The notes beneath the pieces were generated by a model. It saw only the letters and a list, made by a program, of their open reading frames with translations, was not told where the DNA came from and did not search any database. A program made the translations under genes and the position numbers. From Alphaproteobacteria bacterium (lineage in GTDB: Bacteria; Pseudomonadota; Alphaproteobacteria; Bin95): DNA of 64,000 bases. Position 1 is the first letter of the stretch; each line of letters opens with the position of its first letter. Of this stretch, positions 37,367 through 47,215 are shown piece after piece. The stretch spans positions 1,024,001 through 1,088,000 of the forward strand of contig CBDBGH010000003.1 of the NCBI GenBank assembly GCA_965205265.1. Direction: 5' to 3'.

Positions 37367-37456
37367 CCTCGTTCCCCCCACCCCGGAGCGGCGCGGACCA
37401 TGGCGCAGGAGCGGCCCCGCCGCAAGACACCCTGTTGCCGGTAGGCGGGACTGCCT

Positions 37457-37633
37457 TCAGGCGTCGTCTTCGGGAACGTCGAGGCGCTTGCCGTCGAGTT
37501 CCCGCTCGCGGCGGGGGCCATCCGGGTCCGGACGGGCTGCGCCCTGCCGAGCGCGCCGCTCCTTCGCCTTCCTCTTCCTGGAGGCGCGCGTTGCAGCCTT
37601 ACGCGCCTTGTTCAGATTGACGATCTCCGCCAC
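37457..37633 (-). CDS. DUF4169-like small basic protein
   Basis: MAEIVNLNKARKA...ELDGKRLD. Confidence 0.7.
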   Translation of the reverse strand: MAEIVNLNKARKAATRASRKRKAKERRARQGAARPDPDGPRRERELDGKRLDVPEDDA

Positions 37634-37698
37634 CGGCCTGTCCGCTTCGTGTAGATTCCGGCTTTCGCCGGCCGGGACCCTATCACCGCGGAGGCGCA

Positions 37699-40491
37699 AT
37701 GCGCAGACTTTCCGTCATCGCGATGGTCGTCGTGCTGGCCGCCAGCGGTCTTGCGGCCATTGCGTGGCAGGGTCCGCGCGCCCTCGACTGGTCCCATCTG
37801 GAACCGCGCCTCCAGGAGGCGCTGGGCCGGGAGGTTTCCCTGGACGGCCCGGTCCGGCTGGACCTCTTGCCAAGGCCCGTTTTGACGGTCGGCGGCATCT
37901 CCGCCATCGACATCAGCGTGAGGGAAGCGAGGGCGGTTCTGGATATCGGAGCCCTGCTCGCCGGCAGCCTCGAGATCGACAGGCTGGAGTTCTCCGGCGT
38001 CGAACTAACCTTCGACCGGTCCTTTGTGAGGCCGCTGCCGCCGCTTGCCGCGCAGCACATCCGTTTCGAGGACAGCAGCATCGCTTTCGGAAAGGCGCTC
38101 GTGCCGGTCGAAACCGCGACATTGACGGTCAGGGGTTCCGAAGGCCCGTATCGGCTGGAAGCGAAGGCGGCGCTGGAGGGGCGGCGAATCGATATCGCGG
38201 CCTCGGTCGGGAAATGGCGGGACCGCACGTCCGTCACCGTCTCGGTCGGCGATGGCGGCATTGAGGCGGTTGCCGTGGGCGCGGTCGAGAAGAACCCGGC
38301 GGCCGGCTTTGTCTTCTCCGGGCGGTTCTCCCTGCGAGGAGCCGCCGGATCGGCGTGGGCCGGCACATTCGATTCGGAGTTTCTGCTCGGTCCCGACGGG
38401 GCCCGCTTCACGGGCATCGATGCCGTGGTGGCGGACCAGCGTTTCACCGGCGCGATTCGGGCGGACTGGCGGGGGGGGACCGAGATCGATGCGCGCCTCT
38501 CGACGCGCACGCTGCTTTTCGACAGGTGGCGCGACCTGCTGCCGCAACTCGTCGGTTCGACATCGAGCGCGAGCCTGCGGCTTGCGCTCGATGCCGGCGC
38601 GGTCAAGTTCGGCGACCGGACGGCGCGGAGGGTCGAAGCGGCGTTCCGCACCGATGCGGACGGGTTCCGGATGGAACGGCTGGCAGCAGCGCTGCCGGGT
38701 GGAACGCGGCTGGAAATGGCCGGAGAGGGCCATGAGAGCGCCGCCTTCTCGCTGAAGACCGGAAACCTGCGCGCCCTGCTGCGCTGGCTCGGGATTCGCC
38801 CCGGCGCCGTTGAGGAGGCGCGCCTGCGCGGCCTGGAAGCGGACGGACGGCTGCGGCTCGCCGGGCGCGGGGTTTCGCCGGAGGCGCTGCGGGCGCGGTT
38901 GGAAAGCGCCGATTTCGCGCTAGAGGAGGTTCGCGGGCGCATCGACGGCGCCCGGATCGAAGGCGGTTTCGGGCGGCAGGGGGGGCAATTCGAAGCCCGG
39001 CTGGAGGCCGAAGGCCTGCCGCTCGACGCCTACAGGCCGGCATTCGAGGGCCGCGACCTGTATCCGGGCAGGCTGCATCTGGACCTTGCGCGGACGCGGC
39101 TGCTCGGCGTCCCCGTCGCCAGGCTGCAATTGGCCGCCGAACGGGCAGAGAACGGAGAGATCGTTCTGGCCCGGCTGGCCGTCGAGGATGCAGGCGGCCT
39201 CTCGGGCGAGGCGAGCGGCAGGTTTGGCGGTGAAGCCGCCTCGTTCGAAGTCGCGGGCCGGACGACCGACCTCGACCGCAGCGCCCGCCTTTACGGCTTC
39301 CCGCTCCCCGTTGTCGCGCGGGGTTTGGGCGCCGTCGAGTTCGAAGGCCGCGGCGACGGCCTGCCGGACCTGCTGCCGATAGACTTCCGCGCCGATGCCG
39401 GCGGCCGGACGCTGCGCCTCTCGGGCGAGCTCGCCGAGCGGAGGCGCTTCACGGGGCGCGTCGAGTTCGAAGGTCCGCTGCCGCCGGTCTTGCGGCTGTC
39501 CGGCAACGACAGGCCCGCACTGGCGGCGGCGTCGGTGTCGGCCGGGCGCGACCGCGCCGATTTCACGGATATCGATCTTCGTCTCGGCACGGCCCGGATG
39601 CAGGGGAGCGCCTCTCTCTCGCTGGACGGCGAGCGGCCGGCGGCGCGGGTCGCGCTGACGGCGGTCCGCGTCGATTTGCCGGCGCCTTCCCCGAATGTCC
39701 CGGTCTGGCGGCGCAGGCCGTTCGAGACCGGCCGCTTCGGCGCGTTCGACCTGGAGCTGGAGCTCGGGGCGGATTCGCTCGGCATCGGCGGGGAGGTGCT
39801 GGAAGACGTGAAGCTCGACCTTTCGCTCTCGCCCGAGGCGTGGCTGGTGAAGGCCGCCACGGCGGGCTGGCGCGGCGGGCGGCTCGCGTTCGACGGCTAC
39901 CTGACAGGAGCGGGCCGCGCGCTGCTGAAAATGAGAGTGCGCGATGCCGTCCTGCCGGAGCGCATGGGTTTCGGACCGAGCGGCGCCCGGACCGGCGGGT
40001 TCCTCGGTTTCGCGGCCGAAGGCCGCAGCCTGCACGATATGGTCTCCACGCTTTCCGGCACGGCAAGCTTGGATTTCTCCGGCGGGCGTCTGGCCGGCGT
40101 CGCTGCAGCGGCCGCGCGATCCGCCCTGGAGGGTGCGCCCACTTCAGCGGAATTGCTGCGCCGATTGCGGAACGCGCTGGTTTCGGGCGACAGCCCGCTC
40201 GTCTCCGGACGCCTCGAGGCCCGCATCCGGGGCGGCGTCGCAGAGCCGGTCGCCGGGAGCTTCGCCCTTCCGGGCGGGCAAGTTGCGATTTCCGGGTCGG
40301 CGGATCTCCGGCGCCGGCTGGTCGATCTCACCGGGCGGGTTGCTTTCCCCGACAGGCCGGATGCGCCGCCGCTCGGATTCTCGATTGCCGGTCCGCTTCA
40401 CGATCCCGACCGCCGGCCGGAAGTCGGGGCCGTGGAGGCCATCCTGCTGACCGGGGGCCTGGCGGGGCTCGTCAGATCGAACGCGAACTGA
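37699..40491 (+). CDS. AsmA family protein
   Basis: N-terminal TM, ALGREVSLDGPVRLDLLPRP, long beta-rich body, C-terminal IAGPLHDP. Confidence 0.8.
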   Translation: MRRLSVIAMVVVLAASGLAAIAWQGPRALDWSHLEPRLQEALGREVSLDGPVRLDLLPRPVLTVGGISAIDISVREARAVLDIGALLAGSLEIDRLEFSGVELTFDRSFVRPLPPLAAQHIRFEDSSIAFGKALVPVETATLTVRGSEGPYRLEAKAALEGRRIDIAASVGKWRDRTSVTVSVGDGGIEAVAVGAVEKNPAAGFVFSGRFSLRGAAGSAWAGTFDSEFLLGPDGARFTGIDAVVADQRFTGAIRADWRGGTEIDARLSTRTLLFDRWRDLLPQLVGSTSSASLRLALDAGAVKFGDRTARRVEAAFRTDADGFRMERLAAALPGGTRLEMAGEGHESAAFSLKTGNLRALLRWLGIRPGAVEEARLRGLEADGRLRLAGRGVSPEALRARLESADFALEEVRGRIDGARIEGGFGRQGGQFEARLEAEGLPLDAYRPAFEGRDLYPGRLHLDLARTRLLGVPVARLQLAAERAENGEIVLARLAVEDAGGLSGEASGRFGGEAASFEVAGRTTDLDRSARLYGFPLPVVARGLGAVEFEGRGDGLPDLLPIDFRADAGGRTLRLSGELAERRRFTGRVEFEGPLPPVLRLSGNDRPALAAASVSAGRDRADFTDIDLRLGTARMQGSASLSLDGERPAARVALTAVRVDLPAPSPNVPVWRRRPFETGRFGAFDLELELGADSLGIGGEVLEDVKLDLSLSPEAWLVKAATAGWRGGRLAFDGYLTGAGRALLKMRVRDAVLPERMGFGPSGARTGGFLGFAAEGRSLHDMVSTLSGTASLDFSGGRLAGVAAAAARSALEGAPTSAELLRRLRNALVSGDSPLVSGRLEARIRGGVAEPVAGSFALPGGQVAISGSADLRRRLVDLTGRVAFPDRPDAPPLGFSIAGPLHDPDRRPEVGAVEAILLTGGLAGLVRSNAN

Positions 40492-41689
40492 GCCGGACGG
40501 CGCGCATGCCTGCGGCCTGCAGGGCTTCCAGCACCTGGCCGACATGGGCCTCGTCGCGCGTTTCGAGCGCGACCTCGATGTCGGTGAGCTTGATCGGCAC
40601 ATCCTCGAACCAGCGCTGGTGCTGGACATCGACGATATTGCCGCCCGCGCTTGCGATGGCAGCGGCGGCGCGGGCAAGCCCGCCGGGCCGGTCCTGTATC
40701 TCGATGCGCAGCCGGACGAGCCGTCCGCTCCGCACGAGGCCGCGCATCAGCACCGAGGCGAGTATGCGGGCGTCGATATTGCCGCCCGAGACGACGAGGC
40801 CGGTGCGCCGGTTCCTGAAACGCTCGGGATGGGAGAGCACCGCAGCGAGTGCTGCGGCTCCCGCGCCCTCCGCCACGGTCTTCTCGATTTCGGCGAGCAG
40901 TTGCACGCCGTGCTCCATGGCCGCCTCGTCCACCAGCAGGATGTCGTCGACCAGCTCGCGCACCAGCGGCAGGGTGAGCGCGCCCGGCCGCTTGACGGCG
41001 ATGCCTTCGGCGATGGTCGGGCCGCCCGGCGGCGCCGTAAGGCCCTTGAGCGCGTGGTGCATGGAGGGGTAGCCGGACGCCTCGACGCCGATCACGCGGG
41101 TTTCCGGGCTGAGGGCCCTTGCGGCGATCGCAATGCCCGCGATGAGGCCGCCGCCGCCGATGGGCACGACAAGGAAATCGAGGCCGGGCGCCGCGCGCAG
41201 CATTTCCAGCCCGACCGTGCCCTGGCCCGCAACGATGCGCGCATCGTCATAGGGATGCACGAAAGCGAGGCCCTCCGCCTCCGCGCGCTCGTGAACGAAC
41301 GCCTCGCCCTCGGCGATGGTCTCGCCTCTCAGGATCACTTCCGCACCGAGGAACTCCGCCGCCCGAACCTTGCTGAAGGGCGTCGCCTCCGGCATCACGA
41401 TGGTGGCCGGCACGCCCATCCGCGCGGCGTGGTAGGCGACGCCCTGGGCATGGTTGCCGGCCGAAAGCGCAATGACCCCCGCCCGGCGCTGAGCGTCGTC
41501 GAGCCCGGCGAGGTGGATATAGGCGCCCCGGTCCTTGAAGGAGGCGGTGTATTGCCGGTTCTCGAATTTCAGGAAGAGGTCGGCCCCGGAGATCGCGCTC
41601 AGCGTTTCCGAACGAAGGAAAGGCGTGCGCACGATGCGCCCTTCCAGCAAGCGGTCGGCCGCTTCGATGTCCGGAAAGGAAATGCTCAT
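40472..41689 (-). CDS. ilvA: Threonine ammonia-lyase with C-terminal ACT domain
   Basis: KFENRQYTASFKDRGA, SAGNHAQG, GGGGLIAG, SGGNID, DRPGGL. Confidence 0.88.
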   Translation of the reverse strand: MSISFPDIEAADRLLEGRIVRTPFLRSETLSAISGADLFLKFENRQYTASFKDRGAYIHLAGLDDAQRRAGVIALSAGNHAQGVAYHAARMGVPATIVMPEATPFSKVRAAEFLGAEVILRGETIAEGEAFVHERAEAEGLAFVHPYDDARIVAGQGTVGLEMLRAAPGLDFLVVPIGGGGLIAGIAIAARALSPETRVIGVEASGYPSMHHALKGLTAPPGGPTIAEGIAVKRPGALTLPLVRELVDDILLVDEAAMEHGVQLLAEIEKTVAEGAGAAALAAVLSHPERFRNRRTGLVVSGGNIDARILASVLMRGLVRSGRLVRLRIEIQDRPGGLARAAAAIASAGGNIVDVQHQRWFEDVPIKLTDIEVALETRDEAHVGQVLEALQAAGMRAVRLSSRSI

Positions 41690-43860
41690 TCGGGCTGCAA
41701 AAGCAAACTATGGACCGGCGCCCGGGCCGGATCGAGGGTGATATAGGCGCCGTCCCGCCAGAGTTCCACAAGATCGTCGTAATGCGGCGAGAAGGGATTG
41801 CCCGACTGTCCGACGGCCTGGATGAACCGCGACCTGTCGAGGTCTTCCAGGTCGTATATGGCCCGGTATCCGGCGCCGTGGCCGTGGCGGAACGGGTCGC
41901 CTTCGTCGCGGAAGCGCGAGCCGCCCCGGTTCACCGTGGTTGGCCCTCCGCTTGTCGCGGTCTCGCGGTTCAGGAGGCTGCCCAGCAGCGGGATACGCCC
42001 TGCGACCGGGTGCGAAAAACGCGCCCGATGCGCCTCGCCCCAGGGCGGGGTCTCGCTGCCATAGCGGTTCTGGAGGAAGGCGACGGCGCGGCGGTGCGCC
42101 AGCGCGAGCCTGTCCTTGCAGGTCTCCTTCGGTTTCGTGCGGATGTCGTCGCACCAGGCGGGGCGGTCCAGCAACGCCCGGCGGAGCACCAGCGGCCGGT
42201 AGGCCCACCAGTCGTCGAACAGCGGCCCCAGCTCGTCGGCGAACACGGCGCGCATCGCCTCGCGCATCCAGGCCATGTAGATCAGCGGCTCCGGGCGATG
42301 GCGGTCCATGTCGCCGTCCCACGCCCGGAGGCGCATATCGGGAACCGCCGCCAGCAGGTGAGGCAGCAATTCGCGCGCCGAGAGCGACACCGTGTCGTTC
42401 TGTACCGTCGCATGGTCCGCTTGCGCATTGAGCAATTCGTGAATCCTGATTGCGCGGTAGGGCGCCTCCCATTCGCGGCCGAGATAGTAGCGGTAGGTTT
42501 CGTCCACGAGGCGGTTGTTGGCGTTGACGATGCGCCCGGAAAGGGGCGCGGCCCGATGCGGCAGTCGGTCGAAGGGAATGAGGCGGGACCATGTCGTCTT
42601 CTCGGATACATCGAAGCCGCCGCGCCGGTCCGGCACCCGCCCCGGCGTGACGATGCCGATGCGGCCGGTTCTGTCCGCATAAACGATGTTCTGCTGCGGG
42701 GAGTGGAAATTGCGAAGCGCCGCGATGAACTCGGGCCAATTCTGCGCCCGGTTTACACCCCCGAGCGCCTCGGCGGTGCGGTCGTCGTCGCGGAAGGCCG
42801 GGCTCTCGACCGCCCAGCCCTCGGGCAGCGCATCGGAGAAATCGGAGACGACGACGCCCTTTCGGGTCCGGCGCAGTTCAAGCTCGACGCTTTCCTCCCA
42901 GCGCACCGCTATCGTCTCGCGGCGGATCGCGGTGACCTCCGGTTGCGTGACGACATCCGCAGTATCGGTGTGGGGCGTGGTCAGGCCCCAGGCGATGCTG
43001 CCGTTGTGGCCGAGCACCATGAAGGGGACCCCCGGCGCCGTAGCGCCCGCCAGCGCGCCTTCCGGCGTCTCGATGCGCGCCAGGTACCAGATGTTCGGGA
43101 TCGTCAGGCCGAGATGCGGGTCGTTGGCGAGCACGGTCGGCTCGCTGACGGCCCAGACATTCGAGGCCCCGCTGCTGCCGAGGCCAGGCAGGGTCACGGG
43201 GTCGTCCACCGCGGCGAGCGGCCACAGGTCCTCTATCCGCTCCGGCGTCAGCCGCTCCGCCATGCGCGCGCGCAGCGCCTCGGCCCGCCAATTGCCGATC
43301 AGCCTGAAGGCCATGACCCGCCCCCAGAGCATCGAATCCGCGACGCTCCAGGGCTCCGGGTCGTAGAACAGGATTGCGAGTTCCCAGGGGAGCGCTCCGC
43401 TGTGCGCGCCCAGCCAGGCGTTCACGCCGGCGGCGTAGGCTTCTGCGACCCGCCGCAGGTCGGGCGGGAGCGCGGCCGCCTGGCTTTCCGCCTGCTGCCG
43501 AAAGCCGAGGCCGCGCGCATAGCGGTCGAAGTCGAGCGCCATGCTTCCGACGAGTTCGCTCATGCGCCCGGACGCGCCGCGCCGCATGAGTTCCATCTGC
43601 CCGAACCGGTCCTGCGCATGGGCATAACCCAAGCCGAAGGCGGCGTCGGCCGGATTGGCGGCCCGGATCGTCGGCACGCCGTAGCGGTCGCGCAGGATCC
43701 GGACCGGCCCTTCGAGGCCCGGCAGGCGCAATTCGCCGTCGAGTTCGGGCAAGGAGGTGCGCAGCCAGAGCAGCCCGGCTGCGACGGTCGCAATTACGGC
43801 AACCGGCAGGGCGATGGCAAGGCGCAGCGTCCAGCGCCGCAACCGCCGCCGGATGTTCAC
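41686..43860 (-). CDS. Penicillin acylase family Ntn-hydrolase
   Basis: N-terminal TM, RDRYGVP, AHAQDRF, ASNVWAV (Ser nucleophile), ANDPHL, GQSGNPFSPHY. Confidence 0.92.
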   Translation of the reverse strand: MNIRRRLRRWTLRLAIALPVAVIATVAAGLLWLRTSLPELDGELRLPGLEGPVRILRDRYGVPTIRAANPADAAFGLGYAHAQDRFGQMELMRRGASGRMSELVGSMALDFDRYARGLGFRQQAESQAAALPPDLRRVAEAYAAGVNAWLGAHSGALPWELAILFYDPEPWSVADSMLWGRVMAFRLIGNWRAEALRARMAERLTPERIEDLWPLAAVDDPVTLPGLGSSGASNVWAVSEPTVLANDPHLGLTIPNIWYLARIETPEGALAGATAPGVPFMVLGHNGSIAWGLTTPHTDTADVVTQPEVTAIRRETIAVRWEESVELELRRTRKGVVVSDFSDALPEGWAVESPAFRDDDRTAEALGGVNRAQNWPEFIAALRNFHSPQQNIVYADRTGRIGIVTPGRVPDRRGGFDVSEKTTWSRLIPFDRLPHRAAPLSGRIVNANNRLVDETYRYYLGREWEAPYRAIRIHELLNAQADHATVQNDTVSLSARELLPHLLAAVPDMRLRAWDGDMDRHRPEPLIYMAWMREAMRAVFADELGPLFDDWWAYRPLVLRRALLDRPAWCDDIRTKPKETCKDRLALAHRRAVAFLQNRYGSETPPWGEAHRARFSHPVAGRIPLLGSLLNRETATSGGPTTVNRGGSRFRDEGDPFRHGHGAGYRAIYDLEDLDRSRFIQAVGQSGNPFSPHYDDLVELWRDGAYITLDPARAPVHSLLLQPE

Positions 43861-43870
43861 GGCAGCCGGC

Positions 43871-45052
43871 TCATGCGGACGCCGCGGCAGTGCGCGCGGC
43901 CAGTTCCTCGAGGATTCGCTCCCGGTCCTGATCGACGTCCGGGGCCGTGGCGCGGGACGCCGGGTCGTCATAGCCGGAGAGCTTGATCGGGTTGCCGGCA
44001 ACCTTGAGCCGGCCGGCGGTCGGGTCGTCCACCTCGACCACCATATTGCGCGGCTCCACCTGCGGATGCGCCATCACGGTGGCGATGTCGTTGATACCGC
44101 TTGCCGGGATTCCCGCCGGGTCCAGCAGGGCGAGCCAGTCGGCCGTGCTGCGGGCAGCGAGAATGGTCTCGATCTCGGCTTCGAGGCCTGTCTGGTTCTG
44201 ATTGCGCAGATTGTTGGAGGCGTAGCGCGGATCGTCCTTCAGGTCGGCCCGGTCGAGTATGTCGCAGAACCGCCGGAACATGACATCGTTGCCCGCCGCG
44301 ACCACCATCCAGCCGTCCAGGGTCCGGAAGGTCTGGAAGGGCGTGATCGAGGGATGCCGCCCGCCGAGCGGCCCCGGCGATACGCCGGTTGCGCCGAAGC
44401 GGGCGACTGCGTTTTCGCAAAGCGCGATCTGGCAGTCGAGCATGGAAACGTCGAGCTTGCGGCCCCGGCCGGTGCGGCCCCGGTCGTAAAGCGCCGTCAC
44501 AATGCCGATCGCGGTGAACAGCCCGGCGCCGATATCGCCGATGGACATGCCGACACGGGTCGGCTCCTGGCCCGGCTGGCCCGTGATCGACATGATGCCG
44601 CCCATCGCCTGCACGACCATGTCATAGGCCGGACGCTTGGAGTGCGGGCCGGAATGGCCGAAGCCGGAGCAGGCGGCGTAGATCAGGGCCGGGTAGCGGT
44701 CCTTCAGGTCCTCCCAGCCATAGCCGAGCTTCTCCATTGTGCCGGGGCGGAAATTCTCCGCCACCACATCGGCACCGGCAAGCAGCGCCTCGAAAACCGC
44801 GCGGTCGCCGTCGTCCTTGAGGTCGAGCGCGATGCTCTCCTTGCCCCGGTTGACGGAGATGAAATAGGCGGACTTGCCGTTGACGAAGGGACCGTATTCG
44901 CGGGCATCGTCGCCGCGGCCGGGCGTTTCCACCTTGATGACGCGGGCGCCGAGCTCGGCGAGGATCATGGTGCTGTAAGGCCCTGCCAGCACGCGCGTGA
45001 GGTCGATGACGGTGACGCCGCTGAGCGGCCTCTGGGTCCGTTGGTTCGGCAT
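43871..45052 (-). CDS. CaiB/BaiF class III CoA transferase
   Basis: DLTRVLAGP, NRGKES, ENFRPG, PAYDMVVQAMGG. Confidence 0.93.
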   Translation of the reverse strand: MPNQRTQRPLSGVTVIDLTRVLAGPYSTMILAELGARVIKVETPGRGDDAREYGPFVNGKSAYFISVNRGKESIALDLKDDGDRAVFEALLAGADVVAENFRPGTMEKLGYGWEDLKDRYPALIYAACSGFGHSGPHSKRPAYDMVVQAMGGIMSITGQPGQEPTRVGMSIGDIGAGLFTAIGIVTALYDRGRTGRGRKLDVSMLDCQIALCENAVARFGATGVSPGPLGGRHPSITPFQTFRTLDGWMVVAAGNDVMFRRFCDILDRADLKDDPRYASNNLRNQNQTGLEAEIETILAARSTADWLALLDPAGIPASGINDIATVMAHPQVEPRNMVVEVDDPTAGRLKVAGNPIKLSGYDDPASRATAPDVDQDRERILEELAARTAAASA

Positions 45053-45160
45053 GGACGATGCGGTCCCCGGTTGCGGATGCGGAGGCCCAGCATAACCCCG
45101 ACCGTCCTGCCGTCACAGGGGCGGGAGCATGCCGGTCAAGCCAAATCTGTCTTCAGGTCT

Positions 45161-46399
45161 TTAGTCCGTATAGATGCCATCCGCCGGGAAGAACGGACGG
45201 ACCAGGCCGTTTCCAACCAGCTCGGCAAATCGGCGATAGTTTCCGAGTTCCTGTCGAACCCTTCCGGCCGCAATGGCGGGATGGACCTCTGCTTCCCGCG
45301 CCAGAGCGACAATCTTCAAAGCCGTAGCCTGGGCTGCATCGAATGTTTGCCACAACTCCGGCGGAAGTAAGGCGTTTCCTGCCATAGCGTCGGCTTCCCG
45401 TTCGCGCTGCGCCTCGTCATTGTCGTTTCCGGGTTGTCTCAACGTCATGTCGTCCACGTAAATGGGAAAGCCTTCGCCGTCGGCATCGCCGAGATGGAGA
45501 AACACGTGGGCCAACTCGTGCAGCAGGCAGAACCAGAAATTGTCGAGGCGGTCATGGCGCAGTGAGAGGGCCACCATGGGCGCGCCGTCCGGGCTGCGCA
45601 TTGCGGCCCCGTCCAGATAGGTCCTGTTGAGGTGGCGGAGTACAAGGAAGCGGATACCGGCTTCGCGCATTCCGGCGACTGCTTTCCGCGGGCCGTCCGG
45701 CTCCGCGCTCAATCCGGCGAGTTCGCGGAGGAAAGCGGGACCGTCGATCTTCCGGGCGTCGAAGCCGGTATCGAGCGGCCGATCCTCGCTAGCCATTCTC
45801 ATGGCCTGTGCGCACCAGGCTGTAAGCGCGTGGGGCTCCGCCATCGCGTTTTCGCGCGCGCCACGGCGGAATGATGCTGTAGCGCCATCCGAACCGAATG
45901 CATCGGTCAGGAAAGAACGGATTAGCTCTTCGCCCTTGTCCGAAACGGACTTTACCGCCGGCAGCCAGCCGCGCCGGATCATTTCCCGAACCGGGAAGCG
46001 CCTCCAGTCGCAGGCGGAATCCTCCGGTAAAGATGCGCCCGGTCGCCCCAGAAGAATGTCGGCCGGAATGCCGAGATGGACATGCAGGGCTCGGATCATG
46101 CCCAAAGTCAGGTCGCGCCGGTTGTTCAAAACCTCATAGACGCGGTTGCGGCCGCCAAAGTAGGGAGCCACGTCGGCGGCCGTCAGTTTGGCCTGGTCCA
46201 TTCGGAAGCGGATGGCGTCGATCGGGTCGGGAGGCCCGATCGGAGTTGTGCGACGTTCGTAAGCCTCGATCGCCAGGGCCAGCATCTCCAGTTCATCCTG
46301 CTGGTCGGGACTGCGGTTTTGCAGGACCATGAGGTCGTTGAGTCGCTCCAGGGCCGGCTCGTAATCGGCTTCCGTCCTGACGGGACGGACAATATCCAT
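45161..46399 (-). CDS. higA: HigA-like HTH antitoxin fused to an ImmA/IrrE (M78) metallopeptidase domain
   Basis: PDPIDAIRFRMDQ...EVLNNRRDLTLGMIRAL (HTH); LRHDRLDNFWFCLLHELAH (HExxH); EREAD. Confidence 0.85.
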   Translation of the reverse strand: MDIVRPVRTEADYEPALERLNDLMVLQNRSPDQQDELEMLALAIEAYERRTTPIGPPDPIDAIRFRMDQAKLTAADVAPYFGGRNRVYEVLNNRRDLTLGMIRALHVHLGIPADILLGRPGASLPEDSACDWRRFPVREMIRRGWLPAVKSVSDKGEELIRSFLTDAFGSDGATASFRRGARENAMAEPHALTAWCAQAMRMASEDRPLDTGFDARKIDGPAFLRELAGLSAEPDGPRKAVAGMREAGIRFLVLRHLNRTYLDGAAMRSPDGAPMVALSLRHDRLDNFWFCLLHELAHVFLHLGDADGEGFPIYVDDMTLRQPGNDNDEAQREREADAMAGNALLPPELWQTFDAAQATALKIVALAREAEVHPAIAAGRVRQELGNYRRFAELVGNGLVRPFFPADGIYTD

Positions 46400-46420
46400 G
46401 GCTTTATGCTCCTTCAGTTC

Positions 46421-46717
46421 TCAGACGGTGTTGGCATCGATATGGTCATATTCGGCATGGGTGCCGATCCATCGAACCCGGACGATCTCTCCAACGAATT
46501 CGACCACGGCGATCAACCTGTACCGATTTCCCTTTATCCGAAAGACGATCCGTTGGCCTCCGGGCAAGACGGACGCTCTCGGGTAACGCGATGTTATGTC
46601 CAACGGATTCTTCCAGGACGCGCCCTCGACCTCCGCCGTCCATGCCCGCAACGGTCCGTTCAGATCGGGATGTTTCCGGATAGCCGTATCGATAAGGCGT
46701 CTGCCCACGATCCTCAT
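46421..46717 (-). CDS. higB: Type II toxin HigB (mRNA interferase)
   Basis: MRIVGRR, W...W, RIVFRIKGNRYRLI, WIGTHAEYD. Confidence 0.92.
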   Translation of the reverse strand: MRIVGRRLIDTAIRKHPDLNGPLRAWTAEVEGASWKNPLDITSRYPRASVLPGGQRIVFRIKGNRYRLIAVVEFVGEIVRVRWIGTHAEYDHIDANTV

Positions 46718-46731
46718 ACGTAAATTCCTTT

Positions 46732-46830
46732 TGAACCATGTGGTGCATATTTACTTCCTCCCCAATAGAGGGATATATATTATTAGTATAATATCGAGTG
46801 TCAATATATATGTCCTAATTTAGGATATAT
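46732..46830 (-). promoter_or_regulatory. higBA promoter/operator region
   Basis: Very AT-rich; minus strand TTGACA-N16-TAATAT; palindromes TGAACCATGTGGTGCA (46732-46747) and ATATGTCCTAA-T-TTAGGATATAT (46808-46830). Confidence 0.6.
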
Positions 46831-46927
46831 CGTGAAGCGCCCCGTGTCCCGTTCGCCGCCCGCCTTGAAGCCCGCAGGCGGACGGGGTATCGGTGCGGCT
46901 GGAATTTCCCCGGGGGGAGCGGCGCCG

Positions 46928-47215
46928 ATGGCGTTGGACCGCGCGACCGTCGAGCGCATTGCCGCGCTCGCCCGCATCGAGATCGCCGAAGAGGAGGCGG
47001 ACGTGCTCGCCGCCGAACTCGGCGCAATCCTGGGCTGGGTCGAAACCCTGAACGAGGTCGATACCGACGATGTGGCGCCGATGACCTCGGTTGGCGGCCA
47101 CAGCCTGCCCTGGCGCGCCGACGAGGTGGATGACGGCGGCTACCCGGACCGCATCCTCGCCAATGCGCCCGATGCCGCCGGCGCGTTCTTCGCCGTGCCC
47201 AAGGTGGTGGAATGA
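46928..47215 (+). CDS. gatC: Asp/Glu-tRNA amidotransferase subunit C
   Basis: [30 protein letters not shown]. Confidence 0.95.
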   Translation: MALDRATVERIAALARIEIAEEEADVLAAELGAILGWVETLNEVDTDDVAPMTSVGGHSLPWRADEVDDGGYPDRILANAPDAAGAFFAVPKVVE

